Shown piece after piece: positions 25,203 to 36,107 of a DNA stretch of 64,000 bases. How positions within the stretch are numbered: the stretch's first letter is position 1; every line of letters begins with the position of its first letter. The stretch lies in IMG/VR virus record IMGVR_UViG_3300046047_000262; one strand, written 5' to 3'. The position numbers and the translations under genes are program-made. The stretch is from a virus. The notes below the pieces were generated by a model that worked only from the letters and a program-made list of their open reading frames with translations, did no database searches and had not been told where the DNA came from.

Positions 25203-26501
25203 TTACTTCAATGGTAATGAGTAATCCGAGTGATCGGGCATTTGTATGTTATCAAGCATCTTCTTCACCCGTTTATCACGGGCATCACTTGAATTTGATT
25301 CCGACATGGCTATGGTTCTTGCAAACGCCTTGTTGATATCCTCATTGTCAAGATGGGAGAGAATCGTCTTCTTCTTGGCTTTCGTCAGACGCTTCTTGGT
25401 CTTGATGCCTTCCTTGATCAGGTTAGAGAATCGCAGTGATTGTTCCTTGATCGAGTTATCAAGCAGTACGCGAGCGGAACGACCATTAGCGAACGCATCG
25501 GTTTCCCTGAGTTGGGCGAACGCATCCTTGAATGCCGTCTCATTATCCTTACTGATAGTGATCTTTCTGGATTTCGCTCTGAACTTGACAATGTGTACAA
25601 GCTCGTCATCATCGTAATCAGCGAACTCAATCTTTTCCGAGAATCGTGAACGTAACCCCGGATTGGCATCGAGGAACGCTTCAGTCTCATTGGTGTATCC
25701 AGCGGCGATGACCACAAGTCTGTCCCTATTATCCTCCATGAGTTTCAACAAGGTGGAGATAGCTTCGGTACCGAACGTATCATCATCACCATTTTTCAGC
25801 AGGTAGCATTCATCAATGAACAGCACTCCATCCATTGCTGATTTCACCACTTCCTGCACCTTGGTGGCAGTCTGTCCTACGAACCCAGCGACCAGTCCTG
25901 ATCTATCGGTTTCCACGAACCTATCGGTTTTCAGAATACCCAGACCTCGCAGAATCTTCGCGTAGATTCTGGCGACAGTGGTCTTACCTGTTCCAGGACG
26001 ACCAGTGAAGACAACGTGATAGGAGATCACATTATCCTTTTCATCGGCTTCGTTCACCAATCCGAGTTTCTTACGTTCAAGATCGGCTTCGATAGTGGCA
26101 CGGATAGTGATGATCTCGTTCTTGACATCATCAAGACCTACAAGATCATCAAGTTCCTTCTCCGCTTCCTTAAGAAGCTTGGCACGTGCCGCCGCATCCT
26201 CTTTGGCTTTTTCCTCTGCAGTCTTCTCCTCGGTTTTCTCTTCCTTGGATTCCTGTACCACTACAGTCTTCTTGGGTACACCCAGCAATGCTTGTGCTAT
26301 GGTTCCGTTCTCAGCATTATTCTTCTTCAAGCTGGCGTAATCACGTTTCGCTGTATCGAGAATGCTTTCTACAGCCGCATCAGGATCATCATCAAGTCCT
26401 TTCAACGGTTGATTCGCATTACCAAGAATCCTGTTGAGAACATCTCTTTCATCATCAATATTAAGAGTGTTCGACAGAAAATCGTCAAGTTCCGAAGTCA
26501 T
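25203..26501 (-). CDS. CbbX/SpoVK/EccA-like AAA+ ATPase
   Basis: LVGLDDVK, HVVFTGRPGTGKTTVAR, GVLFIDECY, NPGLRSRF. Confidence 0.9.
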   Translation of the reverse strand: MTSELDDFLSNTLNIDDERDVLNRILGNANQPLKGLDDDPDAAVESILDTAKRDYASLKKNNAENGTIAQALLGVPKKTVVVQESKEEKTEEKTAEEKAKEDAAARAKLLKEAEKELDDLVGLDDVKNEIITIRATIEADLERKKLGLVNEADEKDNVISYHVVFTGRPGTGKTTVARIYAKILRGLGILKTDRFVETDRSGLVAGFVGQTATKVQEVVKSAMDGVLFIDECYLLKNGDDDTFGTEAISTLLKLMEDNRDRLVVIAAGYTNETEAFLDANPGLRSRFSEKIEFADYDDDELVHIVKFRAKSRKITISKDNETAFKDAFAQLRETDAFANGRSARVLLDNSIKEQSLRFSNLIKEGIKTKKRLTKAKKKTILSHLDNEDINKAFARTIAMSESNSSDARDKRVKKMLDNIQMPDHSDYSLPLK

Positions 26502-26568
26502 CTGTATAAGTACCTTTCCCTATAAGTTGTTATCATGAATACAAGGATACCATAGTATCATGCATTTG

Positions 26569-27276
26569 TCATTTATTAGTAATCTTGAATTCCACAGTGT
26601 AGCCCTTATCCTTCACAACTTGCTGTAAAGTATCAAGGAACCCGTGATTCAGGAATCCTTGTGCTTTATTATAGGAATCGAATATCAGCTCAATAACGGT
26701 ATTCGATTGTTTGATCGGTTTCGGGAACGCATTCAACAGGGTATCAGTATCCTTGTTCTTGGATTTCGACACTGCAGTAACAATGCTGCGCCATTCCATA
26801 ATCACCGCATTAGCATCCTGAAGCCCAGCGTCCTTGGCAGTGATGGATTGTTCCTCGTTCAGGTCGAATGGAAGATCCTCAGGGCTACGCATATCAACAA
26901 TACTGTCATCATCCTTATCCTGATCAGGATCGTAATCATCCTCATCTTCAGGTTCAGTAGGTGGAATCACCTCGGGTTCAGGTTTCCGTACCACCGTCGG
27001 CGTGGCAGCATTTGATGACTCTTGTTGGCGTTCGGCAAGCATCCGTTTACGAACCGTTTCGAAGACCTTACCGAGTTTCAACCCTAGTAGCATGCATAAT
27101 TGGATCAGAACATCATAGGGAAGGGAAGTGCTCATCCATTCCTTGAATTGTGCTGGTGTGACTTCGAATTTAGCCGCAATATCCTTGGGGCCGATCTTCT
27201 TTTCCTTCATCACGTCCATAAGATAACGCATGGTTTCATGATTGGCGTCCGCCGCCATTTTAGAGATTTTAGCCAT
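26569..27276 (-). CDS. XRE-like HTH protein
   Basis: IGPKDIAAKFEVTPAQFKEW N-terminus, acidic linker. Confidence 0.6.
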   Translation of the reverse strand: MAKISKMAADANHETMRYLMDVMKEKKIGPKDIAAKFEVTPAQFKEWMSTSLPYDVLIQLCMLLGLKLGKVFETVRKRMLAERQQESSNAATPTVVRKPEPEVIPPTEPEDEDDYDPDQDKDDDSIVDMRSPEDLPFDLNEEQSITAKDAGLQDANAVIMEWRSIVTAVSKSKNKDTDTLLNAFPKPIKQSNTVIELIFDSYNKAQGFLNHGFLDTLQQVVKDKGYTVEFKITNK

Positions 27277-27279
27277 TGT

Positions 27280-27918
27280 CTACTTTCCTTTTCTTGTTGT
27301 ACGGTATTCTTTAGGTGCGAGTTTGTCATGACTAGTGTCTTTCCCCCATGGCCATTGATAGCTCCAAGGATTATAAGGCACGTACTGGTATGATCCCCGT
27401 TCCACACTGGATTCAGGGTCATCAATGATCTCAATGGTCAACAATGCGGATACATGATTGGCTCCATCAATGATGACAGCACCATCATTATTCTCATAGA
27501 TGTCATAATGCTTATCGGTTGGTAGCTTCGTGGATACGAAGTGTTCCATGATCAGCAATGCGTCTCGTTTATTATGACCATCGTACACTAGGAATCTGGT
27601 GCTTGAACGATCCTTGGGGAACGTCACTCTGATCGCATAATGATTATGGTCAATAACGGGTTGTTCCTTTTTCACAATGTTACCATCATTCTTATCATCG
27701 GTAACATGCGAGTCATCGGATGCATGATCTGGTTCGGGTTCGATGATAGTAACCTTATGAGTATCAGGTTCTGGTTGATGCTTGATGGCATCCACTGGGT
27801 TTCTGGTATCATCAATGGAAGCCACCACGTCATCAGTGAATCCTGATATCGATGATAACAGTTTGCCAACACCTCTGCCAGCTTGTCTAGCCAATCGTTC
27901 AGCATCTTCTTGTTGCAT
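27280..27918 (-). CDS. Hypothetical protein
   Basis: GGGGG SD; 212 aa. Confidence 0.7.
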   Translation of the reverse strand: MQQEDAERLARQAGRGVGKLLSSISGFTDDVVASIDDTRNPVDAIKHQPEPDTHKVTIIEPEPDHASDDSHVTDDKNDGNIVKKEQPVIDHNHYAIRVTFPKDRSSTRFLVYDGHNKRDALLIMEHFVSTKLPTDKHYDIYENNDGAVIIDGANHVSALLTIEIIDDPESSVERGSYQYVPYNPWSYQWPWGKDTSHDKLAPKEYRTTRKGK

Positions 27919-28010
27919 AATACCCCCTATACCATCATACCGTAATGTGATAGGAAAAGTATAACAGCAATTCCCGTATTATGCAAGTGGATGATGTTGT
28001 CACATGGGAA

Positions 28011-30500
28011 TCATATGGTGAATCGCTTTGATGCCTTTGATCCTGGTTCAATGTTTGGTCGTTCTGGTGTCACAGTGGGTTCATCATCGGCGAATGGGTC
28101 GAAGTCGGTCAGACTGTCATCATTGATATCGAATGACGGCAGACTCATATCCTCGTTGGTTATGGGCTTCTGATGATCGGTCGTATGAGTAACAGGTTTC
28201 TGAACGTCCATAACAGGAGTATCATCGATCATCCTGCTCTTGTGCACTGCGGTATGACCAGTATTACGATCCTTACTGCTTGGTGTGGCCGTCTTCGTCA
28301 TCGTATTATCATCCACAGGATTGTTTATACTATAAGGTTTCCTAGTTGCGGTATTATCCGTTTGTTCTCGTTTGATGACTGGTGCGCTTTCACCAACGAT
28401 ACTAGGTTTGATGATGTCCATGGGAGCCATAGAGGGATCGTAATAGTTCTCTAATACCTCGTATGGGGGTATCATGATTACTTTATGTGCTACTGCACCT
28501 GATGTGTTCTTATCAATCCTGTCGTATGAGTTCTTCTTGATGATGATCGCTTCCGATTTGTAATTGTTCTCATCACTCGGCATTGACAAATGGGCGAACT
28601 CTGATGGGTCGATGATCCATTCATCAGTCGCTGGAGCAATGTTAACATTGAAATTCCTGTTGTTATTCCAATTGAATACGCCTAGCATTTGTTGGTTACG
28701 TTTCATAACACTGTAATGTGCAATCTTATGCGTACCGATAATCTTCGCCGCCATCATTCCAGTATCATAATTCGAACCAGCATGGAATATGAAGTTAGAA
28801 CACGTATCAAGCAATGATGAAATGTATGCTGCCGTTCCCGTAGCTTCCTCGATCTGTTTCAATGATTGGAATGCGAGGGTTACACCAGTCTTCGCTGATC
28901 GACCTTTTTCCAAGATGGATTTCACGCATGTGGGTGGAAGTGATTGGAACTCATCAATATATACTGATACAGGATTAATCTGTCCTGCATTGCCTCTTGA
29001 TGATGACATGTTAGAGATATCGGTACATACTAATGAACCTATGAAGGCTCCTCGTGATTGTGATGTCGCCGCGTCCAGTGAGAACAGTACGACATTATTA
29101 GGTTCGCTGGCGAGCTTGAATATATCGATCGATTTACAATCCGTACCATTGTTGGAACGGAGCCAACGACCATACTCGGATGACATGATGCCCTTGACGA
29201 CGGATTGATACTCGCTTCTTGCCTGCTGGACTCTTTTAGCACTGTCGTTTCTCGCCATTGGGTTCAGTAATGCATTCAGTTCTGATGCCATCTGCCTGAT
29301 ATATGATGCTCCTTCGATCTTATTCATCGCATTGATCACTGCGTTCATGTTGCCAGGATCAAGCATCTGTGAGAATATAGGGAATTCTCCCTGAGTGGTA
29401 TCTATTTCAGGCACTTTATCAAGGATACCTATTTTTCGAGCTTCCTCAATGATAGAGAAAACCTCCGAAAGATACGTCAGGGCATTCTGACGGTATACTT
29501 CGGATTGCTTGTCCCATACTCTGGTACCCAGAAGCATATCGGCTTTGATAGATACCGAACCGTGTGCAAGAGGGTCCCATGTCGCTGGACCATCAGGATT
29601 ATCAGCGACCTTGTAATCCTGATTAACCGAGAAGTGGTAGAAATGGGTACCTTGACGTTCACGAGCCATATGAGCAACTCCTGAAGCCAACTCAGGATCA
29701 TTTTTATTATCTATGATGAAAGTGGTCTTACCTGAATCTATATCTCTTTTAATACAGGACAACATGGTTTTCGTCTTGCCTGAGCCTGCGGCACCAGTGA
29801 TGATAGTATGCTTCACCACTTCATTTTCATTACGGATAATAGGTACCCATCGGCGTTCCTTAGTAGGATCGGATGCCATGTTCATCGGCTTATCCTCGAT
29901 ACCCAACGGAATGTTACCAGTGTTCCCATAAGGTACGAGAGTATCCTCTTTCATGGATTTTATGGTTTTCTGCTTACGGTATATCTCCAATGGGGTCAGT
30001 CTGAATTCAAAGTGGTACATCCAAGGCTTGACACCTTCTACAGTGGTAAGGAACGGAAACTTTCGCATCTGCCTGATCTGATGCTGAACAAGCAATATGC
30101 CGACCCATGGTCCTAGAATAAGACCAAGCGTTATGGCACTGATGATTACAGGTGATACCAAAGTGCCGTACCCATGAAGGATTCCATTGAATCCACCCAT
30201 GGAGTTCCAAGCTGCATCAATTTGGGATACGGGATGAAGAGCCATCATGAGGATAGTTCCGATGGCTGTGACTATTAGTCCTAATGTAGCGAGAACGGAA
30301 CGCTTTAATCGAAGGAATCTGAATAAAGCATAGAATAGGGATGCTATGATGATGAACGGTACGAAGACAATAGTGATGACAGCAGTGATCAATCCGGCAA
30401 GTAACTTACCGAAATCACCGTTGTCACTAGTACCATTATCCTGGCCCGCGTCATCAATCTTATCCTCATCTATTGTCGTTGAGGGATCATCATATACCAT
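28011..30500 (-). CDS. VirD4/TraD-like type IV coupling protein
   Basis: 3 N-terminal TMs, HTIITGAAGSGKT, VYIDEFQS, KGRSAK..LAFQSLKQ. Confidence 0.85.
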   Translation of the reverse strand: MVYDDPSTTIDEDKIDDAGQDNGTSDNGDFGKLLAGLITAVITIVFVPFIIIASLFYALFRFLRLKRSVLATLGLIVTAIGTILMMALHPVSQIDAAWNSMGGFNGILHGYGTLVSPVIISAITLGLILGPWVGILLVQHQIRQMRKFPFLTTVEGVKPWMYHFEFRLTPLEIYRKQKTIKSMKEDTLVPYGNTGNIPLGIEDKPMNMASDPTKERRWVPIIRNENEVVKHTIITGAAGSGKTKTMLSCIKRDIDSGKTTFIIDNKNDPELASGVAHMARERQGTHFYHFSVNQDYKVADNPDGPATWDPLAHGSVSIKADMLLGTRVWDKQSEVYRQNALTYLSEVFSIIEEARKIGILDKVPEIDTTQGEFPIFSQMLDPGNMNAVINAMNKIEGASYIRQMASELNALLNPMARNDSAKRVQQARSEYQSVVKGIMSSEYGRWLRSNNGTDCKSIDIFKLASEPNNVVLFSLDAATSQSRGAFIGSLVCTDISNMSSSRGNAGQINPVSVYIDEFQSLPPTCVKSILEKGRSAKTGVTLAFQSLKQIEEATGTAAYISSLLDTCSNFIFHAGSNYDTGMMAAKIIGTHKIAHYSVMKRNQQMLGVFNWNNNRNFNVNIAPATDEWIIDPSEFAHLSMPSDENNYKSEAIIIKKNSYDRIDKNTSGAVAHKVIMIPPYEVLENYYDPSMAPMDIIKPSIVGESAPVIKREQTDNTATRKPYSINNPVDDNTMTKTATPSSKDRNTGHTAVHKSRMIDDTPVMDVQKPVTHTTDHQKPITNEDMSLPSFDINDDSLTDFDPFADDEPTVTPERPNIEPGSKASKRFTI

Positions 30501-30538
30501 GTATACTCAATATCAATTGATTGTATATGTGTACATAT

Positions 30539-31672
30539 TTAATCGTCGAATCTAGCGAGCTCTGCTATAGCACCTCGTATATCAGGGTCTTCAGGATACC
30601 CCGCTCTACTGAACATACCATCCTTATATTCCCATATCTTGTTCGTTCTGATGGCTGCGGTTTCATCGTTCTTTATGATATTCGATACCTCAGTGATCTC
30701 AGTGACTTTATGTTCCCCTGTCTTCTTGATCTTTGCTATCTGGACAATATAATCAATGCTCTCTGCGATATCCTTATTAATAGCTGACATCGGCATACTG
30801 GCTGCTCCTGGCGATTTTTTGACGAACCTGGCCATCTTACCTAAAGCTCTGTTCGGATCATCAGCGTGAATAGTAGTCAAGGATCCTTCATAACCAGAAT
30901 TGGCGGCGGTCAGGAAGTCAGCGAACTCAGGACCCCTGGTTTCACCAATGATGACTCTTGCTGGTCTCATTCTGTTTACCTGAGCCACAACCCATGCAAG
31001 GGATGCCTGATCCTTTGCATCACGACCTGGTGCATCCGGGTAGCTGGCAAGATAGGATACATCTTGGATGTCCAGTCTCAATTCGGGGGCATCCTCACAT
31101 ACGATGACTCTCTCATCTTCTTTGAAATACTTTACCATGGCCGATAGCAGGGTCGTCTTACCTGCTCCGGATCCACCTGAAACGACTACCGTCTTCTTCT
31201 TCTCCACAAACAACTGGATAAGCTTACGCATATCCGAATTCATGGTGCCCATTGCGGTCAATGATTGCATAGTCTGGCCAAGATCATTCTTCACCATGGT
31301 TACCTGAGGGAACCCTTCAACGGCTACTGGTGGCAGAACAATATGAGTCCTAGCCCTGACTTCCTTGCCATCAACCATAAGCCTGATGCTACCCTCGAAC
31401 AAACAGAACGATTCCCTGATCTTATTACCATAATGAACCATATTACTTTCCAGGTCCTCGGTACCTCTCATGAAATCGTCATTGTCTTCCCATCTGACGT
31501 ATTGTTTCGTCCCATTGACCTCAATTGGATTCACGGGAACACGCTTACCATTCTTGGTCATGAAGATGTTATCAGGACCGTTGATCATGATTTCCGATAC
31601 TGACGGCATGGCTAACAGAGTGAACAGCACCTTCCATTGTTTGGTTGAGGTTTTACTCAGGTCCACAGACAT
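30539..31672 (-). CDS. CpaF/TadA/VirB11 secretion ATPase
   Basis: SEIMING, SGGSGAGKTT, RMRPARVIIGETRG, GSLTTIHA. Confidence 0.92.
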   Translation of the reverse strand: MSVDLSKTSTKQWKVLFTLLAMPSVSEIMINGPDNIFMTKNGKRVPVNPIEVNGTKQYVRWEDNDDFMRGTEDLESNMVHYGNKIRESFCLFEGSIRLMVDGKEVRARTHIVLPPVAVEGFPQVTMVKNDLGQTMQSLTAMGTMNSDMRKLIQLFVEKKKTVVVSGGSGAGKTTLLSAMVKYFKEDERVIVCEDAPELRLDIQDVSYLASYPDAPGRDAKDQASLAWVVAQVNRMRPARVIIGETRGPEFADFLTAANSGYEGSLTTIHADDPNRALGKMARFVKKSPGAASMPMSAINKDIAESIDYIVQIAKIKKTGEHKVTEITEVSNIIKNDETAAIRTNKIWEYKDGMFSRAGYPEDPDIRGAIAELARFDD

Positions 31673-31687
31673 ATATTCTTGCTCCTT

Positions 31688-31957
31688 TTATCTCAGGTTT
31701 TTTACTGGACGGAACTTAATATCGGAATGTGCAGTACTCTGGGTCGTGCTACCTGTTGATGGAACGTAGACCTCCCGTGAAGGTACCTCCTTCTTCGTGA
31801 ATGAACCTACCCCACGAATCTTGATAACGGTGTCAGCATCGGCGTCATGCAACTCATCGGCAAGGGCTTCGAACACTTTTTCCACTCTGTACGCACTGAT
31901 ACCATTCTTCTCGGATATCTTTTTGACTAGTTCCCTGTGGTTTAATGTTGTGGTCAT
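31688..31957 (-). CDS. HU/IHF-family DNA-binding protein
   Basis: ELVKKISEK, IRGVGSF, PSTG, IKFRP. Confidence 0.88.
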   Translation of the reverse strand: MTTTLNHRELVKKISEKNGISAYRVEKVFEALADELHDADADTVIKIRGVGSFTKKEVPSREVYVPSTGSTTQSTAHSDIKFRPVKNLR

Positions 31958-32493
31958 GAAATGCCTTTCGTGTGATCATTGTCATCGTATTTGAATCCTG
32001 AGTCCATGGAGCTCTCATCGGGTTCCACATTGATTCTCGGTTGTATGTCATCAATGGAGAGCAGATCATTGATCTTCGATAGTGTGGTGTCATCATTATC
32101 GTGAGCAGTTGGTTTCAATGATTCAAAAGGATTAGAAACCCGCTGATGCTCAACGGGGATATCTATACTAATCTTCGTTTCCTCATCATGGAACAACTCA
32201 TCACTGCTCATCTCCTCGTCATTATCATCAGCGTCGATAATGTCAGGCAAGGATTCCTCCTCAGGCTCTTCAACAGTTTCATTGGTGATCTCATCCTTGG
32301 AGATCACCCCCAGTGAATCCTCGCCGCCGCGACCTACTTCATCGGAATCCTCGATCACCGGCAGTATAGGCAAAGCCTGATCCTCGTATGCCTTTGATTG
32401 TTTCATACCGATGATGAATAATACAATGGAGACTATAAGGACTATTAGCATACATGCTAGCAACCCGTAACCAACTATATTTATCAGGTTCAT
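31954..32493 (-). CDS. Membrane-anchored acidic protein
   Basis: N-terminal TM, D/E-rich tail; overlaps neighbours by 4 nt. Confidence 0.7.
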   Translation of the reverse strand: MNLINIVGYGLLACMLIVLIVSIVLFIIGMKQSKAYEDQALPILPVIEDSDEVGRGGEDSLGVISKDEITNETVEEPEEESLPDIIDADDNDEEMSSDELFHDEETKISIDIPVEHQRVSNPFESLKPTAHDNDDTTLSKINDLLSIDDIQPRINVEPDESSMDSGFKYDDNDHTKGIS

Positions 32494-33548
32494 TTCCCAC
32501 TCCTGTCTATGAGACGTAATGCCAGGAACACTGGTCGTTCCTGTGAGAGTTCAGGCATATTGATGAAGGCCGACCATGATCCATGACCGTGGTCATGGTC
32601 ATACTTGATGGCGAATTCCCTGAGTCCACCTGACTCCGTGGCGATGAGATTCTTGAAATCATTGATGACTGCACTCTGCTTGCTTTTCTCATTCTTACTG
32701 AGTCTGCCGATGGCGTCGGTGTCATAGAGACCCAGGCCGTTGACTATCTGTAATCGTTGTTCAGGAACAATATCCAGGTAATTCATGTATTCCATCCAGA
32801 ATTGCTTGCTATCTGGTTCAAGAAGGGATGATATGCCGCCATTATCGGAAACCTCCCTATCAATGACCACAGCATCGGTGACAGGTGTATGCATCGGGTA
32901 TCCCGTATTGAAATCCGATTGTTCCGTGACATCCTTGAGCGTCATCTTCGCGTTCTCTTTGAATGCCGTTTTGTTGGATCCCTTACGACCATACATGGAC
33001 TTCCAATCAGCCTGTCCTGAATGGAAGTACTCCAGTACCTCATCATCACTCGGTTCCCTTCCGAGGTCGGCTTTCATCTTCGTCCTTACTGCGGCTATCT
33101 TTCTGAAAATACGGAGTTTCGATGGTGACATGCCGAATTCGGATTCGTTCTTACTCGCGGCACGTTCAACAGTGGTCTTGATCCAATTCATCAGGTAGTT
33201 CATGGCTGAATCCATCTTGTTGAGGTCGGCTTTCATCAGCATCTTATACAGCCCCTCAAGAGCGGCCTGTTTGAGGTCTTCCTCTTCAAGGATCACATGA
33301 AAAGCACGGGGCTTATCCATTTCATCCCTAACAACCCTGTTGATAAGCCATTCAACCCTGGAGTATATGATTGCGAAAGCATCGTCACCTTTCCTGACGG
33401 CACGTCGCAGATCAACACGCTCCGAACGAGTCAACGACCCATCATCATCGGCTAGTTTAAGCTTTGCCGACTCACCTGCTTGGAACAATGGAAGATTAGC
33501 CTCGTACAGATCCTTATCGATGAAATTCGATCCATGTGCTTTCTTCAC
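32490..33548 (-). CDS. Divergent sigma-factor-like protein
   Basis: EDLKQAALEGLYK (region 2-like), LGREPSDDEV (region 3-like). Confidence 0.65.
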   Translation of the reverse strand: MKKAHGSNFIDKDLYEANLPLFQAGESAKLKLADDDGSLTRSERVDLRRAVRKGDDAFAIIYSRVEWLINRVVRDEMDKPRAFHVILEEEDLKQAALEGLYKMLMKADLNKMDSAMNYLMNWIKTTVERAASKNESEFGMSPSKLRIFRKIAAVRTKMKADLGREPSDDEVLEYFHSGQADWKSMYGRKGSNKTAFKENAKMTLKDVTEQSDFNTGYPMHTPVTDAVVIDREVSDNGGISSLLEPDSKQFWMEYMNYLDIVPEQRLQIVNGLGLYDTDAIGRLSKNEKSKQSAVINDFKNLIATESGGLREFAIKYDHDHGHGSWSAFINMPELSQERPVFLALRLIDRSGK

Positions 33549-33577
33549 GGTAATAGAATATCGTTGTTTACGCTTAT

Positions 33578-34018
33578 TTAGCTTCTGGACCCAGTGGAAC
33601 CGAACCCACCTTGACCACGATCAGTATCATCAAGATCAGAACTTGGAACGAATACTGCGGGGACATAATCCTGAATCACTAATTGGGCTATACGATCACC
33701 TGTTTCCACATGGAACGTGGTATCCGATGTGTTCAACAAGCACACCATGATCTCACCCCTGTACCCAGAGTCAATCAGTCCAGGAGCGTTCACAATAGTG
33801 ATGCCATGCTTCGCCGCCAGACCTGATCGTGGTACCACGTAACCAAGGAACCCATCTGGGATCTGCAGTGCGATACCAGTTCTCACCAAGTGTCTCTCAC
33901 CTGGTTTAAGATCAATGGTCTCAGATGATGACAAGTCAGCACCTGCATCATCAGCATGCTTCCTGTTAGGGAGTACCGCTTGGGGATCGTCATTGATTTT
34001 CTTTGCCTTGATCTGCAT
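33578..34018 (-). CDS. dut: Trimeric dUTPase
   Basis: AGADL, PRSGLA, GLIDSGYRGE, DRIAQL, RGQGGFGSTG. Confidence 0.97.
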   Translation of the reverse strand: MQIKAKKINDDPQAVLPNRKHADDAGADLSSSETIDLKPGERHLVRTGIALQIPDGFLGYVVPRSGLAAKHGITIVNAPGLIDSGYRGEIMVCLLNTSDTTFHVETGDRIAQLVIQDYVPAVFVPSSDLDDTDRGQGGFGSTGSRS

Positions 34019-34096
34019 GTATTATCCTTTCATGGGTATTGTTCAATATGTATATATTGTACCGAGAATTCATGGGTATTACGATATTCGTGATAT

Positions 34097-34906
34097 ATGA
34101 CTACGGTATATGCTAGGTTCGTTATTAATAAGAAGGATTGGTTGTCGAGTAATCAGCGTCTGAGTCCGATCATGGCGGGATTACGCAGTAAGAGAATACA
34201 GGATTACGCAGAAAAAGTGTGGCGCGGTGCTGTTGCTGATCAGTTCGGCATAGAACCTGTAGAACCTGACAGGACTTCTATCAGTGTTGACGATGGGTAT
34301 GATACTCCAGGTGAGGATTCCTTGCTATCAGTATTAGAAGAACGGTTGGCTTCCCTGATCGATAAAAGAACCGCATGGGATAATGAACATAGTACGGTAT
34401 TCAAGAATGCGAAGACCCATGATCCTGATGCCTACGTTAAACTGCAAGCAGAGCGTAAGGGGATAGCAGAAGCGATAACCAGGCAGAAGCATGCGGTCAG
34501 TGTTCACAAGAACAAGACGAAAAAGGACAATAACAAAGCTCAGAGAGTCCATGAGCGTAACCTGGATAAGGAGCTCGTCAGGGAACGATTACGGTTGAAC
34601 GCCGGTAACAGGGTATTCTCCACGCCCGTGCGTTTTCATGTCAGGGTACATAATATATCAACACACTTGTTTGATAGTCCTAATGCTTACCCCACGGTGA
34701 AACCAACCGAGGATGCGGGTACGAGAACAGGGGTGCTATGGGATGATGATAATAATTCCTGTATTCCGATCACCACGTTCAGGGGAGCCCCGATGCTGGG
34801 GCATGATTACATCCTTGACATCATAGTGGAATCCATTGACACGCCGTTATCCGAGGATCCATTCGCTCAGTACGAGCATGAGTTGGATGAATTCCCCAAG
34901 TATTGA
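34097..34906 (+). CDS. RusA-like resolvase with large insertion
   Basis: WLSSNQR N-terminal motif; DSPNAYPTVKPTED..GVLWDDD C-terminal motif. Confidence 0.55.
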   Translation: MTTVYARFVINKKDWLSSNQRLSPIMAGLRSKRIQDYAEKVWRGAVADQFGIEPVEPDRTSISVDDGYDTPGEDSLLSVLEERLASLIDKRTAWDNEHSTVFKNAKTHDPDAYVKLQAERKGIAEAITRQKHAVSVHKNKTKKDNNKAQRVHERNLDKELVRERLRLNAGNRVFSTPVRFHVRVHNISTHLFDSPNAYPTVKPTEDAGTRTGVLWDDDNNSCIPITTFRGAPMLGHDYILDIIVESIDTPLSEDPFAQYEHELDEFPKY

Positions 34907-34917
34907 ACCTATATGAT

Positions 34918-35682
34918 TTAGTACCAGTTATTGGATTGCCAGAAACTCCAACCACCGCAAGGTGAACCATAACGGCCATTAAGATATGAGATCACCCATT
35001 TTATCTGGGTTACACCATTATCCTTCCAATCATCACCAAACGACGCCATTTTGCTTCCTGGTAATGCTTGACCCAATCCGTATGCACCTGATGACGCATT
35101 GGTGGCATGGACGTTCCACCCGCTCTCATGAGTAATGATGTTACTGAGACAGGAGTATTCACTATCGCTTAATGCGGATTTCGCGTAATCCGCAGCGTCC
35201 CCTGTTCCCGTGTTCGTCGTAGTGTTGTCATCAGTATTGGCGGCATTGTTATTGGAAACAGCTTTAAGAGCGGCGGCTTTTTGCGCCGCATCAGCATCCG
35301 CTTTTGCTTTAGCTGCGGCGGCCGCCGCCGCAGCATTACGCTCGTTAATGATCTGGGTCTGAGCATCAGCACTTGCTTTGATGTTCTTACCCATGTTCTC
35401 GGTATCGTAACCCATTGACCACGAGCCATCATCATCGGATTCCGAGAACAGATCCTTTCTCGTGTAATCCCTGCTGACATTGTTGGATGTTCTCGGTGTT
35501 GATGATACCGTTTTAACGGTACTTGTCGAATTGGATGTTCTACTATTAGTATGCGAGCTGTTGGTATCCGAATTCTGGTATGAAGGCAGCACCCTCATGA
35601 TCGTGAACAAGGATAATGCTATCAACACTATTGTCACTATGGAACAGGCTGTTTTCACTAGTAATGTTCGAGTAATATGCAA
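34918..35682 (-). CDS. Membrane-anchored lytic transglycosylase (SLT-like)
   Basis: HESGWN, SSGAYGLGQALPGSKMA, YLNGRYGSPC, terminal WY. Confidence 0.9.
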   Translation of the reverse strand: MHITRTLLVKTACSIVTIVLIALSLFTIMRVLPSYQNSDTNSSHTNSRTSNSTSTVKTVSSTPRTSNNVSRDYTRKDLFSESDDDGSWSMGYDTENMGKNIKASADAQTQIINERNAAAAAAAAKAKADADAAQKAAALKAVSNNNAANTDDNTTTNTGTGDAADYAKSALSDSEYSCLSNIITHESGWNVHATNASSGAYGLGQALPGSKMASFGDDWKDNGVTQIKWVISYLNGRYGSPCGGWSFWQSNNWY

Positions 35683-35697
35683 AAGTTGTATCCTTTA

Positions 35698-35871
35698 TCA
35701 GATGAATAATGATGCGGCTATAGGTAGTATCATTGCTACCGCTGCGATGATGACGATAAGCTTGGTCGCCATTGTTTTCATGTTGCGATGCTTTTCATAG
35801 GCTTCTTGTTCAGCAGCCAGTTGTTCTCGTTTCTGTGACAAGGTATTACGATGCTGATTATGGGATGGCAT
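35698..35871 (-). CDS. 57-aa protein with C-terminal TM
   Basis: Open ATG..TGA frame filling the gap (MPSHNQ...LPIAASLFI). Confidence 0.55.
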   Translation of the reverse strand: MPSHNQHRNTLSQKREQLAAEQEAYEKHRNMKTMATKLIVIIAAVAMILPIAASLFI

Positions 35872-35873
35872 GG

Positions 35874-36095
35874 TTATTCGTGATCCTTAGTATATGCTAT
35901 GAGCATTACCCCAGTACCAATGCTTATGATTCCGAGGATGCCCGTCATGGCACCTGCTGGGGATAGAGAATCAACGGTAACCCCAGCGGCGGCGTACGTA
36001 CTTATAGTGGGGATGAACAAACATCCCAATGAGATGATGATCACGCCAGCGATCATCAACACCCAAGCTATTATACTACGACTAGTATTGATCAT
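35874..36095 (-). CDS. Small 2-TM protein
   Basis: Two hydrophobic segments; GATATT-N8-ATG upstream. Confidence 0.65.
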   Translation of the reverse strand: MINTSRSIIAWVLMIAGVIIISLGCLFIPTISTYAAAGVTVDSLSPAGAMTGILGIISIGTGVMLIAYTKDHE

Positions 36096-36107
36096 ACTAC
36101 CATAATA

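Noticed and set aside
28011-31672. Complete conjugative T4SS or Tad locus
   Set aside because: No relaxase, VirB4, TadB/C or prepilin peptidase is recognisable in this window; only components can be claimed.
35200-35345. Ala-rich and Thr/Asn-rich repeats (also 43850-44020)
   Set aside because: Ordinary low-complexity linkers of surface proteins.
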